The notes under the pieces are model-generated. The model ran no database searches, was not told the origin of the DNA, and was given only the letters and a program-made list of their open reading frames with translations. A stretch of 60,819 nt of DNA, the filler included, from Sphacelaria rigidula (lineage: Eukaryota), in assembly GCA_964200075.2 (NCBI GenBank). It is 7 parts of 7 records of this genome, joined end to end, with 100 filler letters (N's around TTAATTAATTAA, not from the genome) between each part and the next. Parts side by side here need not be neighbours in the genome. Positions count along the whole stretch, not along the records: positions 52,218 to 60,819 come from CAXNAA020010629.1; 6 more parts are not named here. One strand, 5' to 3'. Below, in pieces: positions 60,547 through 60,819 of this stretch (the first letter of the stretch is position 1; every line of letters starts with the position of its first letter). Position numbers and translations under genes: made by a program.

Positions 60547-60819
60547 TCGTTGTCAAGAGGATTATGATGTCTCTAGATCCTCACTTTCTGGCATCCAACA
60601 TTCACCGTGAGTAGCGTTGACAAGCAAAAGAAAATCGGAAACTTTCCAAGTACCTGAGAAATTACGAATTCTGCAGACTTCTGATGCTGACTACTCCGGC
60701 GAAAACCCGGCGTGCTCCGTCCCGGCATTGCAGGGATGCGAGGTCAATGGTCTTACGACTATGGCATGCATGGTCATGAGTACCCCCCCCCCCCCCCCCC
60801 CCAGCCCCCCCCCCCTCCG

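Noticed and set aside
53367-60761. 65-bp direct repeats 7.3 kb apart as an LTR pair
   Set aside because: No TG...CA ends, PBS, PPT or internal coding domains; they belong to a dispersed motif family.

Overview
Eukaryotic, intron-rich, repeat-rich DNA that most resembles a brown alga (Phaeophyceae); this is inferred from an EsV-1-7 repeat gene and the exon and repeat style. The window is not one locus. It is seven contigs of 8604, 8604, 8603, 8602, 8602, 8602 and 8602 bp, joined by artificial 100-bp linkers (N44-TTAATTAATTAA-N44), apparently size-sorted, so nothing should be inferred across the linkers. Recognisable host genes are: RPS15 exons 1-2; five exons of a nuclear-encoded mitochondrial ribosomal protein uS5m whose third visible intron needs a GC donor; one RagC/D GTPase exon; a probable DEK-C/HIRIP3-like first exon; and an intronless 755-aa protein with 14-15 tandem 38-aa EsV-1-7 C-x4-C-x16-C-x2-H repeats. 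The rest is transposon-derived: Copia and Gypsy remnants, two tRNA-derived SINE families, many MITEs and fold-back elements (including CACAC-ended elements with 8-bp TSDs), and a possible Sola-like transposase relic. The best lead for new biology is the EsV-1-7 array, which has a near-invariant scaffold with a few variable positions per repeat, reminiscent of TALE or zinc-finger arrays. All homology calls are from motif recognition by eye, not database searches.
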